From Sedimentisphaerales bacterium (GTDB lineage Bacteria > Planctomycetota > Phycisphaerae > Sedimentisphaerales > SM23-30): DNA of 64,000 bases. The stretch is from assembly GCA_963666285.1 (NCBI GenBank), contig OY762711.1. The stretch is one strand, 5' to 3'. A program made the position numbers and the translations under genes. Positions 51,111-61,091 of the stretch are shown here, piece after piece. Under the pieces are notes generated by a model that was not told the origin of the DNA, did not search any database, and saw only the letters and a program-made list of their open reading frames with translations. How positions within the stretch are numbered: the stretch's first letter is position 1; every line of letters begins with the position of its first letter.

Positions 51111-52148
51111 ATGAAAAAGTTAGTTCTATTGCTTGTTTGTTTAACGTTTGTTTTTATGACTAATGGCTGCCGGAAAGATGACGGCAAAACATCTGAAAGT
51201 GAAACTATAAACATCACTTACAGCATTTTCTTCCCGCCGACACACATCCAATGTGAAACCGCTCAACTATGGGCCGACGAAATCAACAAGCGGTCAAATG
51301 GCAAAGTTACAATTAAATTATTCCCTGCCGGGTCACTCACCAAGGCACCGCAATGTTACACCGGAGTAGTTGACAATATCTCCGATATTGGAATGAGCTG
51401 CTTTGCTTATACTCGCGGACAGTTCCCGCTTATGGAAGCGCTCGACCTGCCGCTTGGCTACCCCGATGGCAAAACTGCCAGCACAATCGCCACCGAACTT
51501 TTTAACAAGTACAAACCTGAAGAACTCAAAGACGTTCACGTCTGCTACATACATGCCCATGGCCCGGGTATTCTTGCCGCCAAAAAAGATGTTAACACTT
51601 TAGAAGATATGGCCGGACTAAAAGTGCGGGCAACCGGGCTTTCAGCTTCTATCGTTGAAAATCTGGGCGGCATCCCTATCGCTATGAGCCAGGGTGAAAC
51701 TTATGAAGCGCTCCAAAAAGGTGTCGCCGAAGCAACCCTGTGCCCGATGGAAACTCTTAAAGGATGGAAACAGGCCGAGGTTATCGAATCTGTCACCGAC
51801 TCTTCTGCCATCGGCTATACCACTGCAATGTACGTCGTCATGAATAAAGGTAAATGGGACGCTCTGCCGGATGATATAAAAGAAATATTCAACCAGGTCA
51901 ATAGCGAATGGGCCAAAAAACACGGCGAAGCCTGGGACCTGGCAGATCTTGAAGGACGCGAATACACCCAGTCTCTTAATAAAAAGATAATTAAACTCAG
52001 CGACCAGGAACAGGAAAAGTGGGTTCAGGCTATGCAGCCGATTATTGATAAATATATCAAAAATACCGAAGACAACAACCTGCCCGGCAAAGAGTTTGTG
52101 AACGACATTAAGGAAATGATCAAAACTGCACGTTCGGCAACAAAATAG
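51111..52148 (+). CDS. dctP: TRAP transporter substrate-binding lipoprotein
   Basis: Lipobox [29 protein letters not shown]. Confidence 0.92.
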   Translation: MKKLVLLLVCLTFVFMTNGCRKDDGKTSESETINITYSIFFPPTHIQCETAQLWADEINKRSNGKVTIKLFPAGSLTKAPQCYTGVVDNISDIGMSCFAYTRGQFPLMEALDLPLGYPDGKTASTIATELFNKYKPEELKDVHVCYIHAHGPGILAAKKDVNTLEDMAGLKVRATGLSASIVENLGGIPIAMSQGETYEALQKGVAEATLCPMETLKGWKQAEVIESVTDSSAIGYTTAMYVVMNKGKWDALPDDIKEIFNQVNSEWAKKHGEAWDLADLEGREYTQSLNKKIIKLSDQEQEKWVQAMQPIIDKYIKNTEDNNLPGKEFVNDIKEMIKTARSATK

Positions 52149-52231
52149 AAAGTCAAATATTTTTTCTGCCGAACCAATAACAAAACTGAAACCACTCAAA
52201 CTGACCTCATGGTCGGTTTGAGTTTATTACC

Positions 52232-52729
52232 ATGAACTATATTTTTAACCTCTATACCCGCTGCCTCAAAGCTGTCGTTATGTTTCTCGGCACTGTATCA
52301 GCCTGCTGCATACTGGCGATGGTAGCTATTGTCGTTATCGACGTCGTACTCAGAATTTTCCGTATGCCGGTTAAAGGAGCATACGACCTCGTCGGTATTG
52401 TCGGGGCTATTACTATTGCTTCCGCCCTGCCATATACAACCGCTATTAAAGGGCATATTGCTATCGAGTATTTCTTCCAGAAATTCAATCGCTTCGGCAG
52501 ACTTATGGTCGATTCGGTCATGCGGCTGATGTCGATTATTTTCTTTTTCGGCGCTGCCTGGCAATTCTTCTGCTACGGCAACTCGCTCAAAAGCTCCGGG
52601 CTCGGAACTCCTACCCTGCAGGTACCTTTGTTCTGGCTGCCCTGGCTGCTGGCGATTATTTTTATTGTCGTTGCACTGGTAATTGTCCAGCATCTGATTG
52701 ATCCCAACAAGGAGTTTATCAAACCGTGA
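52232..52729 (+). CDS. dctQ: TRAP transporter small permease
   Basis: Four TM segments; DVVLR, GHIAIE. Confidence 0.9.
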   Translation: MNYIFNLYTRCLKAVVMFLGTVSACCILAMVAIVVIDVVLRIFRMPVKGAYDLVGIVGAITIASALPYTTAIKGHIAIEYFFQKFNRFGRLMVDSVMRLMSIIFFFGAAWQFFCYGNSLKSSGLGTPTLQVPLFWLPWLLAIIFIVVALVIVQHLIDPNKEFIKP

Positions 52730-54027
52730 CACCACTGGAAATTGGATTAATTGGATGCCTGGCAATGATCGCTTTGCTCGCTTTGAGCATGCCGGTCGCC
52801 TTTGCCATGGCGATTGTCGGATTCGTCGGTTTCGCCGTACTGGTTACCCCCAAGGCAGCACTCAGCATGATAACCGTCGATCTTTATGATACCTTCTCTA
52901 GCAACTCGCTGACGGTCATACCCATGTTCATACTGATGGGACAGGTGTCTTTTCACGCCGGGATCAGCTCCCGGCTGTTCGATGCCGCCTACAAGTGGCT
53001 TGGACGGCTGCCCGGCGGTATGGCTATCGCGACTGTCGGCGCCTGCACCGCGTTCGGCGCTATCTGCGGGTCCGGTCCGGCAACTGCCGCTACCATGGCA
53101 TCGGTTGTATTGCCGGAAATGAAAAAATATAAATATGATATGGCCATCGCGACTGGAGCCGTTGCTTCCGGCGGCAGCCTGGGAATGCTTATCCCGCCTT
53201 CGGTGGTTTTCATTGTCTATGCCCTGCTCACTGAGCAGTCAATCGGTGAACTTTTCATCGCCGGCATCCTGCCCGGCATAATGATTGCCGCACTTTTTTC
53301 ACTCGCTATATACATAAACTGTGTTCGCCATCCTGAATACGGCCCGGTAGGCCAGATCTTCTCGCTAAAGGAAAAAATCCATTCGCTGCTGGGCGTATCT
53401 GAAACTCTTGTCCTTTTTCTCCTGGTTATCGGCGGCATGTTCAGCGGGTTTTTCACCCCTACCGAAGCTGCCGCTATCGGAGCCGCAGGCTCGATCACCA
53501 TTGCTGCTGCCCGCGGTAAATGCAGTATAAAAATGCTCAAACGATCGCTGTTTGAAACCCTGAGAACTTCCTGCATGGTCATGCTTATCGTCGCAGGTGC
53601 AACGGTTTTTGGCCATTTCCTCGCTATCTCTCAGCTGCCGAGCTGGCTTGCTGAATATCTGGCATCACTACCGCTGCCCGGCTGGTCCATCATCGGACTG
53701 ATTATACTTTTCTACCTGATCGCAGGATGCTTTATTGATGCCCTGGCACTAATAATCCTGACCACACCCATCTTCTACCCGGTTATACTCGAACTCGGCT
53801 ATAACCTTATATGGTTCGGCGTTATACTGGTTGTCGTTACCCAGATGGGTGTTATCTCGCCGCCGGTCGGCGTTAATGTCTATGTTGTCAGCGGCATAGA
53901 AAGAGACATTCCGCTTCAAACTATATTCAAAGGGGCAATGCCCTTCCTGTTCATGCTGATAATATCCGCAATACTATTAATAATGTTCCCGCAAATTGCC
54001 TTGTTCCTGCCCGGCATGATAAGATAA
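52726..54027 (+). CDS. dctM: TRAP transporter large permease
   Basis: IPMFILMG, GMLIPPS, FTPTEAAA, ISPPVGVNVY. Confidence 0.93.
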   Translation: MTPLEIGLIGCLAMIALLALSMPVAFAMAIVGFVGFAVLVTPKAALSMITVDLYDTFSSNSLTVIPMFILMGQVSFHAGISSRLFDAAYKWLGRLPGGMAIATVGACTAFGAICGSGPATAATMASVVLPEMKKYKYDMAIATGAVASGGSLGMLIPPSVVFIVYALLTEQSIGELFIAGILPGIMIAALFSLAIYINCVRHPEYGPVGQIFSLKEKIHSLLGVSETLVLFLLVIGGMFSGFFTPTEAAAIGAAGSITIAAARGKCSIKMLKRSLFETLRTSCMVMLIVAGATVFGHFLAISQLPSWLAEYLASLPLPGWSIIGLIILFYLIAGCFIDALALIILTTPIFYPVILELGYNLIWFGVILVVVTQMGVISPPVGVNVYVVSGIERDIPLQTIFKGAMPFLFMLIISAILLIMFPQIALFLPGMIR

Positions 54028-54287
54028 TCTTTACACTTAATTAAGCAGCAGATAACTGGCAATGCACGAAAAACCGAATAGAAACTTGATATATAATTTC
54101 TTGTATTTTGTTTTACATATTTCCGAACTTGGTATTTAGTGATAAGTTTCGCAATGCAAAACTTTTAAGCAAGTTTTGAGCCGTCAGGCAAACACTGCAA
54201 CTCATCACCCGCTTGCAACATGCGAAGCATACTTTGTTCTTCACTTGTCGCTTGGCGGCATAATCTTTTTTCGCTGGACCAAATATT

Positions 54288-54764
54288 ATGACAAAGCATT
54301 ATTTCAAAACTGTACTCATTTGCAGCGATTTCTCTAATAACTCAGATTTCGCCTTTGACTATGCCCTCGAAATATGCAGCCGTTCACCGGGTACCTCACT
54401 GCACCTGCTGCACGTCATACCCGAAGCTGACGCCCAGTTCTGGAAAACTTACATCTACGAATATGAAGGTGATGTCGATGCCAAGGCCAAAGCCGATATC
54501 GATCATCGCCTCGAAACCTATAAACAGATGGTACCCGCCGACCAGGATTTCCATATCGAGATCAGGATCGGTAAAGACCATCGCGAAATACTCGACTACG
54601 CTAAACATATCCAGGCCGACCTGATCGTTCTCGGTCGGCAGAGCAAAACATCTTTCCAAAAAGCTTTCATGGGCAATATCACCGAAAAAATATGCCGGTC
54701 AGCCGACTGCGCCGTACTTGTTATGCCCGCTTCCTACCAACAAAACCTGACAAAGAGAGACTAA
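54288..54764 (+). CDS. Universal stress protein
   Basis: VLICSDFS, LHLLHV, ADLIVLG, MGNITEKICRSADCAVLV. Confidence 0.9.
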   Translation: MTKHYFKTVLICSDFSNNSDFAFDYALEICSRSPGTSLHLLHVIPEADAQFWKTYIYEYEGDVDAKAKADIDHRLETYKQMVPADQDFHIEIRIGKDHREILDYAKHIQADLIVLGRQSKTSFQKAFMGNITEKICRSADCAVLVMPASYQQNLTKRD

Positions 54765-56215
54765 TGAAAAAATATCATCTTTACCTGTTCGTTCTAAGTT
54801 TTATTTCACTCGCATCTGAAGCTTGGTGCAGCGAAACTTTTACCGATAAAACATCAGAACTTGGACTGCAGTTAGCCAACCAGGCCGCTGCCTGTTTTGA
54901 CTACAATCAGGACGGCTGGGTTGACATATTCTGTTCCGGTACCTTATGGAAAAATAACGGTGGCAAAAGCTTCAGCAAAGTATTCTCAACAAACGGCAAT
55001 GCCGTCTCGGCTGATTATGATAACGATGGCTTTCCCGATATCTTTTGCTACAGTTCAAATAAACTGTTCCATAATGACAAAGGTGAAAATTTTTCTCCTC
55101 AACCTTTCCCCGAAATTCCCGCCAAAGTATCCAGGGCCGCATGCTGGGCCGACTTCAACGGCGACGGTTTCAACGACCTCTATATCGGCGGCTTTGAAAT
55201 CTGGGAAAAACAGATTACCTATCCAGACGCTCTGGCAATAAACCAGCAGGGAAAATCATGGCTGATCATACCGCTCGAAACTCAATACAGGGCACGCGGG
55301 GTCTCAGCCTGCGATTTTGACCAGGACGGCGATATTGACATCTATGTTTCAAATTATCGGTTACAGCCGAATATCTTATGGCGTAACGACGGCACAAATA
55401 ATTTCACTAACGCCGCCGACTCTCACAATGCGGCGGCGGCCTGGGATGGTTTCAACGGCGGCCATTCGATTGGTGCCGCATGGGGCGATTTTGATAATGA
55501 CGGGCTGCTCGATATCTTCGCCGGTAATTTCGCGCACGATGACAATCGCGGCCACCAGCCGCATTCATGTTTCCTGAGAAACACCGGACCCGACTCGGAC
55601 TATGTCTTCAATAATATGGGACAGGGTGGCATCCATTATCAGGAATCTTATGCTTCACCGGCCGTTGCTGATTTCGATAACGATGGCGATATTGATTTAT
55701 ACTTTACCACCGTCTACGGCACTGCTTCTTTCGGCAAAAAGAACTTCCCGGTTCTATTAACCAACGAAGGCAGCTGGAACTTTAAAGATTGCACCGACCA
55801 ATACGGCATAGCGAATCTACCGCCAACCTATCAGGCAGCCTGGGCAGACTTCAATAATGACGGGGCTATCGACCTGGTTACCGCTGGCCGTGTTTTTATC
55901 AACCAGAACAACGATAATAAATGGCTAAAGATTAAACTTATCGGTGACGGCACAACTATAAATTCCGAAGCTGTCGGCTCCCAGGTCAGAATCAAAATCA
56001 ATGACAAAACTCTTACCCGCCAGGTAGAGGCCGGAACCGGTGAAGGCAACCAGAACGAATTAACACTGCACTTTGGCCTGGCCCAACATGACACACCAGT
56101 CTCCTTGGACATATTCTGGACAAAGCAGTTATATCAAAAAGTCGATAACGTGAATATCAACCAATTAATAACTATCAAATTCGATAAAAATAACTGCACC
56201 GAAAAAGCAAACTAA
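54764..56215 (+). CDS. CRTAC1 family protein (FG-GAP repeats + ASPIC/UnbV domain)
   Basis: Signal peptide; repeated D(F/Y)(D/N)xDGxxD motifs; NKWLKIKLIG...LHFGL; start overlaps the USP stop. Confidence 0.9.
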   Translation: MKKYHLYLFVLSFISLASEAWCSETFTDKTSELGLQLANQAAACFDYNQDGWVDIFCSGTLWKNNGGKSFSKVFSTNGNAVSADYDNDGFPDIFCYSSNKLFHNDKGENFSPQPFPEIPAKVSRAACWADFNGDGFNDLYIGGFEIWEKQITYPDALAINQQGKSWLIIPLETQYRARGVSACDFDQDGDIDIYVSNYRLQPNILWRNDGTNNFTNAADSHNAAAAWDGFNGGHSIGAAWGDFDNDGLLDIFAGNFAHDDNRGHQPHSCFLRNTGPDSDYVFNNMGQGGIHYQESYASPAVADFDNDGDIDLYFTTVYGTASFGKKNFPVLLTNEGSWNFKDCTDQYGIANLPPTYQAAWADFNNDGAIDLVTAGRVFINQNNDNKWLKIKLIGDGTTINSEAVGSQVRIKINDKTLTRQVEAGTGEGNQNELTLHFGLAQHDTPVSLDIFWTKQLYQKVDNVNINQLITIKFDKNNCTEKAN

Positions 56216-56324
56216 ACAACTACACACAATCGGTATACCTGCTACTTACCTGCATAATAAAGCTATGAGTTATCAATGCAAAATAAATCACCAGCATGAT
56301 TAGGGACACAAATAACAGAATTAA

Positions 56325-57161
56325 CTAATGCCAGTATTTTACGGTAACATCATTACCTTCCGTTTCAAACGCAAGATGATAATGGGTATCTGTCCTAAAA
56401 TACTGCTTACCGGAATAATATCTCTCGTTTTCAAAAGCATCTATGACACATTTATGTGGATGCGGATGAGGCTTAATATGGCTACTTATTCCAAGTCTAA
56501 GCTCATCTGGCGAGAACCTGCTTGTATCAAGCCATGTTAAATTACCATTATGCAGTGAACCATTTCTAGAACCATGATGCGGCACTTTTATAAATTTGAC
56601 ATTTGAGGGAATGTCATCTGCGATCTTATCCCATACTTCCTCTTCGGCATCACCTGTAAGCAAAAATGAACTATCATCCAGCTCATACAATAAAACAACA
56701 GAATTGTTATTATCTTTATCTATGATATTGCCTGGCTCTGGCCAAAGAACTCTCACTATTGCATCGCCAAAATTTGGCATAGGTTTTGAATTATCAAGAG
56801 ACTCATGATGTATCCCAACTCTTTCAACATATTTAAGCAGATGCCCCAGAATGGAAGGGCTGTTTGTTTTAGGATACCAGAATTCTTTCGTGCCAAATTG
56901 TTTCATTAATTCTTTTAAACCATCACCATGATCAGAATGGTCATGACTTAATAAAACAAAATCAAATATTGGTTTACATTTTTTTATATCTAATCCGGCT
57001 TTTTCAAAATACCGCTGTAGAAATATCCTTGATGACCTGTTATATTTTGTATCGTTTGAATCAATTAAACCATATGAATTATTACCATGAGAATCCTCAG
57101 CTCTTAGCAATATTGAATCGCCCCATCCTACATCTATCATAATAACTTCTAGTCTTGACAT
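56325..57161 (-). CDS. ComEC/Rec2-like metallo-beta-lactamase-fold hydrolase (stand-alone, no TM)
   Basis: DVGWGDSIL, SHDHSDHGDG, NNNSVV, LLTGDAE, KVPHHGS, HPH, RTD. Confidence 0.88.
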   Translation of the reverse strand: MSRLEVIMIDVGWGDSILLRAEDSHGNNSYGLIDSNDTKYNRSSRIFLQRYFEKAGLDIKKCKPIFDFVLLSHDHSDHGDGLKELMKQFGTKEFWYPKTNSPSILGHLLKYVERVGIHHESLDNSKPMPNFGDAIVRVLWPEPGNIIDKDNNNSVVLLYELDDSSFLLTGDAEEEVWDKIADDIPSNVKFIKVPHHGSRNGSLHNGNLTWLDTSRFSPDELRLGISSHIKPHPHPHKCVIDAFENERYYSGKQYFRTDTHYHLAFETEGNDVTVKYWH

Positions 57162-57165
57162 TATA

Positions 57166-57786
57166 TTACTCCAATGGTTTACCATTTCTTATACGTAATT
57201 GTTTATCTTCATTCGAATGGTAATACTTTCTTGCATTATTTATCTGCTGTTTATTCCATTCACTAAATATCTTTGTCTCTACTGAACAATACATAACTGG
57301 ATTTTCAATAATACCGCAATAGTATTCGAAATCATCTAAATCTGTTGTATTATTTTGATATGACAAAGCCTTATAAAATAGTTTCCAATGAACTCTGTAT
57401 ACACTTCCCCTCTTGTGATTCCTACAAAACAGGTTATTAGGAATCCATACATAATTTGTTTCAATAGATAAATTACTTTTCCCTTCAATAACTTCATATA
57501 AATTATCTATGTCTTTAGGATCAGTAAAACTCTGCTTGCCAAATGGAGAAACAATAATACCTGACAATAAATACATAATAAATGGAAGATCATTTTCTGC
57601 AATAGACAATTCCCAGCCTTCTTGAAAATCATCATTCTCAACCGAAAAGTATATACCTCTTGTCATATTAAAACCATCAGTAGTCTTTATACTATCAACA
57701 ACAATTGGAACTGTAGGATATTCATCGATTCGAGTGGTTGATCTTTTTATAATCCTTTTCTTCTTTTTTTCATTTTCTTCATCCAT
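57166..57786 (-). CDS. Hypothetical protein, upstream partner of the MBL hydrolase
   Basis: 206-aa AT-rich ORF; GGGTG RBS; 4 nt from the MBL start. Confidence 0.75.
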   Translation of the reverse strand: MDEENEKKKKRIIKRSTTRIDEYPTVPIVVDSIKTTDGFNMTRGIYFSVENDDFQEGWELSIAENDLPFIMYLLSGIIVSPFGKQSFTDPKDIDNLYEVIEGKSNLSIETNYVWIPNNLFCRNHKRGSVYRVHWKLFYKALSYQNNTTDLDDFEYYCGIIENPVMYCSVETKIFSEWNKQQINNARKYYHSNEDKQLRIRNGKPLE

Positions 57787-58511
57787 TATGTCACCCCTAC
57801 AAGATTATTATTGTATAAACCAAAACAGTTGCCGCATTATATCTTTGCTAATCTAAAATAAATTATTTCAATACAAATTAAAAACAAATCAACACATATA
57901 ATATCACTAATAGTAGTTTTAACTCCACTCGTAATAATAAGTCTTATTACTATCAACTTTTTCAAAGACCTGAATAACACATTAATACAATCTATAGTCT
58001 ATGCTAATAACTGCCGAGACCACTGTCAATCTATAATATTAAGATAATCAAATCCATAGTTATTAAATTAAAGAATTCTTAAATATATCATGTTAATTCT
58101 TTTTTGCTAAATATGGAAATTTATTATAAATACATAATTAATATACCGTATATAGCCATTGATAAAGTTAAATTAATTTATAACACTGCTATAAAATATT
58201 TTCAGCACCTAAACTGCTATTTCAAGCTGTTATGAGGAAAAGACTAACAAGAAATTTTACACTTGTATTGAAATATTGCGAGGAACTATGACGTATTTAA
58301 TAGAAACAGCAACAAGCGTAAATAACATTAAAACTTCAATTCAAACCAAAACTTCAATTCGTATCACCTTGCAGCACAAACACTTACAGCAGTTATGAAA
58401 CAACCACCCTCCTTCACTCCTGTATATTTCCTCCTTACCATTTATTTTCCCCTTGCATTTCCTTTCTCTTTTCTCTACTATATTGATAGAGTTAATAAAG
58501 AAAGGATTGAA

Positions 58512-58913
58512 ATGAAACTTACAACCAAAAGCGAATACACGATACTGGCATTATTATACATCGCCCGCCAGCCGGAAGACTCATTTGTCAAGGTTGACGA
58601 TATCGTCTCCAAATGCGACATTCCAAAAAAATATCTCGAACTGCTGCTGATGACTCTACGCCAGAACAGGCTCATCAAAACCAAACGCGGCAAACAAGGC
58701 GGCTACCAGCTCGCCAAACCGGCCGACCAGATCTCGCTCGCATCTGTCATAAGACTTATGGACGGCGCCCTGGCCCCCACCGAATCTGTCAGCACATATT
58801 ACTACTCCGATACTCCTATATCAAAGGAACCTAAGCTGCTCGGAGTCTTCAAAGATATTCGCGACTATATATCTGACAAACTGGAAAAACTTACTTTAAA
58901 CGATCTTATCTAA
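58512..58913 (+). CDS. Rrf2 family transcriptional regulator lacking the Fe-S Cys triad (CymR-like)
   Basis: MKLTTKSEY, IPKKYLE, RGKQGGYQLAKP; AAAGGA RBS. Confidence 0.9.
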   Translation: MKLTTKSEYTILALLYIARQPEDSFVKVDDIVSKCDIPKKYLELLLMTLRQNRLIKTKRGKQGGYQLAKPADQISLASVIRLMDGALAPTESVSTYYYSDTPISKEPKLLGVFKDIRDYISDKLEKLTLNDLI

Positions 58914-58932
58914 AAGGAAGGATGTTATTGGC

Positions 58933-59772
58933 ATGGAACTATCAATTGGCATTATCGCGGTTATTATCACCCTGGCATTTCTATGTGAATACATGGACTC
59001 TACTTTAGGCATGGGCTACGGCACAACCCTGACGCCTGTATTCCTGCTTATGGGGTTCGGACCCCATGAAATTGTACCAGCCATTTTAATGAGTGAACTT
59101 ATTACCGGGATGCTCGCCGGACTATGCCACCATGCCGAGGGAAACGTTAACTTCAAACCACACAACAAAGATTTTCTGCATCTGCACGACCTGGTCCATC
59201 CAGTCAAATACTACAATAAACTGCGAAACTCACTGCCGATTCACCTCAAACTTGCACTGCTCTTTGGTATATGCAGCACAATAGGTGCAGTCGCCGCTGT
59301 GTTCGTCGCCGTAAGTATACCAAAATTCTGGCTCAAAATGTATATCGGCACACTCGTTCTTTCCATGGGCATACTCATACTCGTCTTCTTCAACAAACAG
59401 GTAAAATTCTCTTACGCCAAAGTCACAGGCATGGGACTGCTGGCATCATTTAACAAAGGTATCAGCGGCGGCGGGTACGGACCGGTCGTCACCGCCGGAC
59501 AGGTACTCTCCGGCGTAGAAGGCAAAAGCGCGGTTGGTATTACCTCGCTCGCCGAATCTCTCACCTGCCTTACCGGCGTTATAATGTATATGCTTATCGG
59601 CAATAATATCGACTGGAAACTGGCTCCATGGATCATTATCGGCGCTGTTGCTTCCGTTCCGCTTTCTGCCAAAAGCGTAAAGTTCGTCAAAGAACAAAAC
59701 CTCAAAATGGCGATCGCTATCGCTACTATATGCCTCGGATGCTTTACCATATACAAAACACTCGCGGCATAA
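58933..59772 (+). CDS. Sulfite exporter TauE/SafE family protein
   Basis: DSTLGMGYGT, GISGGGYGP; multiple TM segments. Confidence 0.9.
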   Translation: MELSIGIIAVIITLAFLCEYMDSTLGMGYGTTLTPVFLLMGFGPHEIVPAILMSELITGMLAGLCHHAEGNVNFKPHNKDFLHLHDLVHPVKYYNKLRNSLPIHLKLALLFGICSTIGAVAAVFVAVSIPKFWLKMYIGTLVLSMGILILVFFNKQVKFSYAKVTGMGLLASFNKGISGGGYGPVVTAGQVLSGVEGKSAVGITSLAESLTCLTGVIMYMLIGNNIDWKLAPWIIIGAVASVPLSAKSVKFVKEQNLKMAIAIATICLGCFTIYKTLAA

Positions 59773-60182
59773 TCAGCTATATATACCACAACAGTTGAAA
59801 TTGCCCGTTCTCACGTGCATAAGTAATAACATTACACTTTCAGACACCAATTTCTAAAATAATATTTTCCCATAACATATTTTTGAGGTGATATTCAAAT
59901 ACAATTGAATACCGCCTCTTTTTTTTATTTTAATTTCTGTTATAATAGTTTACTTTCGTAGTTGTTAGTTGCAATAACGAAGTGCCTCTGGTAAATCGCC
60001 TAAAAGGGACTTTCTGCAACACTTTAAATTTAACAAAACTTGAGACGATAGCGAATTATTCCTGATGTCAACGTACATCAGGACACCTTAACTTTTCACT
60101 ATTCGTTTTTCACTTAAGGCCCTGTTCCGGCCTTTGAGTATAACATTGAACAGTAAAAGTGCGATACCGTACTAATCTATAT

Positions 60183-61028
60183 ATGAATAATAACCAGATT
60201 AGAATTAGAACGCTTGTCAATAACGAACTGCCTGAACCGCTGCTGTCAGAGCATGGGCTCTCTTTTTGGATCGAATATGACGGTAAAAATATACTGTTCG
60301 ATACCGGCCAGAGCGACATTGTCATTAAAAACGCCGAAACTCTCGGCATCGAACTTTCCAAAACTGATATTATCATACTCAGCCACGGCCACTATGACCA
60401 CACCGGCGGATTAGCACACATATTAGATATCGCGACAAATGCTCACATCTATTTGCACCCGCTGGCAACCAAAACCAGATACAGCTGCCATACCGACAAG
60501 CCGGTACGCAATATTTCTATGCCAAAATCGACCGCCGAACACCTGGACGAAATCAAAAACAGGATATGCTTCACTGACAAACCTTTGGCCATCCATCGGC
60601 AAATGAACATCACCGGCCGGATTCCGCGAAACACATCATTCGAAGATACCGGTGGACCGTTCTACCTCGAATCGAATAAAACCGAAAAAGACCTGATCGA
60701 AGATGACCTCGCTATGTTTATCGATAGCCCCAAAGGTATCATTGTTATCGTCGGCTGCGCCCACTCCGGCATTATAAACACTCTCGACTATATTACTTCA
60801 ATCACCGGAAAAAACAAAATTCACGCTGTTATCGGCGGCATGCACCTGTCAAAAGCAAACAACAACAGGATCGACCAGACAATTACTGCCTTGAATAAAT
60901 TCAATATCGACAAACTCTTCCCCATGCACTGCACCGGCCTGGAATCTGCCGCTGTCATCAAACAAAACTTCAATAATAACTGCTATATCGAACCTTCCGA
61001 ATTTGCCGATATCTCATTAGATATCTAG
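60183..61028 (+). CDS. MBL-fold metallo-hydrolase
   Basis: EHGLS, LFDTGQ, LSHGHYDHTGG, GCAHSG, GGMHL, PMHCTG. Confidence 0.9.
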   Translation: MNNNQIRIRTLVNNELPEPLLSEHGLSFWIEYDGKNILFDTGQSDIVIKNAETLGIELSKTDIIILSHGHYDHTGGLAHILDIATNAHIYLHPLATKTRYSCHTDKPVRNISMPKSTAEHLDEIKNRICFTDKPLAIHRQMNITGRIPRNTSFEDTGGPFYLESNKTEKDLIEDDLAMFIDSPKGIIVIVGCAHSGIINTLDYITSITGKNKIHAVIGGMHLSKANNNRIDQTITALNKFNIDKLFPMHCTGLESAAVIKQNFNNNCYIEPSEFADISLDI

Positions 61029-61091
61029 AACTCATCCACAAATATGAGCTCTAGATAACTATATACTTAACCAACCTTCAGCCGACTTGCA

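Noticed and set aside
54146..54270. Possible structured element between dctM and usp (GCCGTCAGGC/GCTTGGCGGC)
   Set aside because: Pairing is partial and no terminal repeats or RNA family could be defined.
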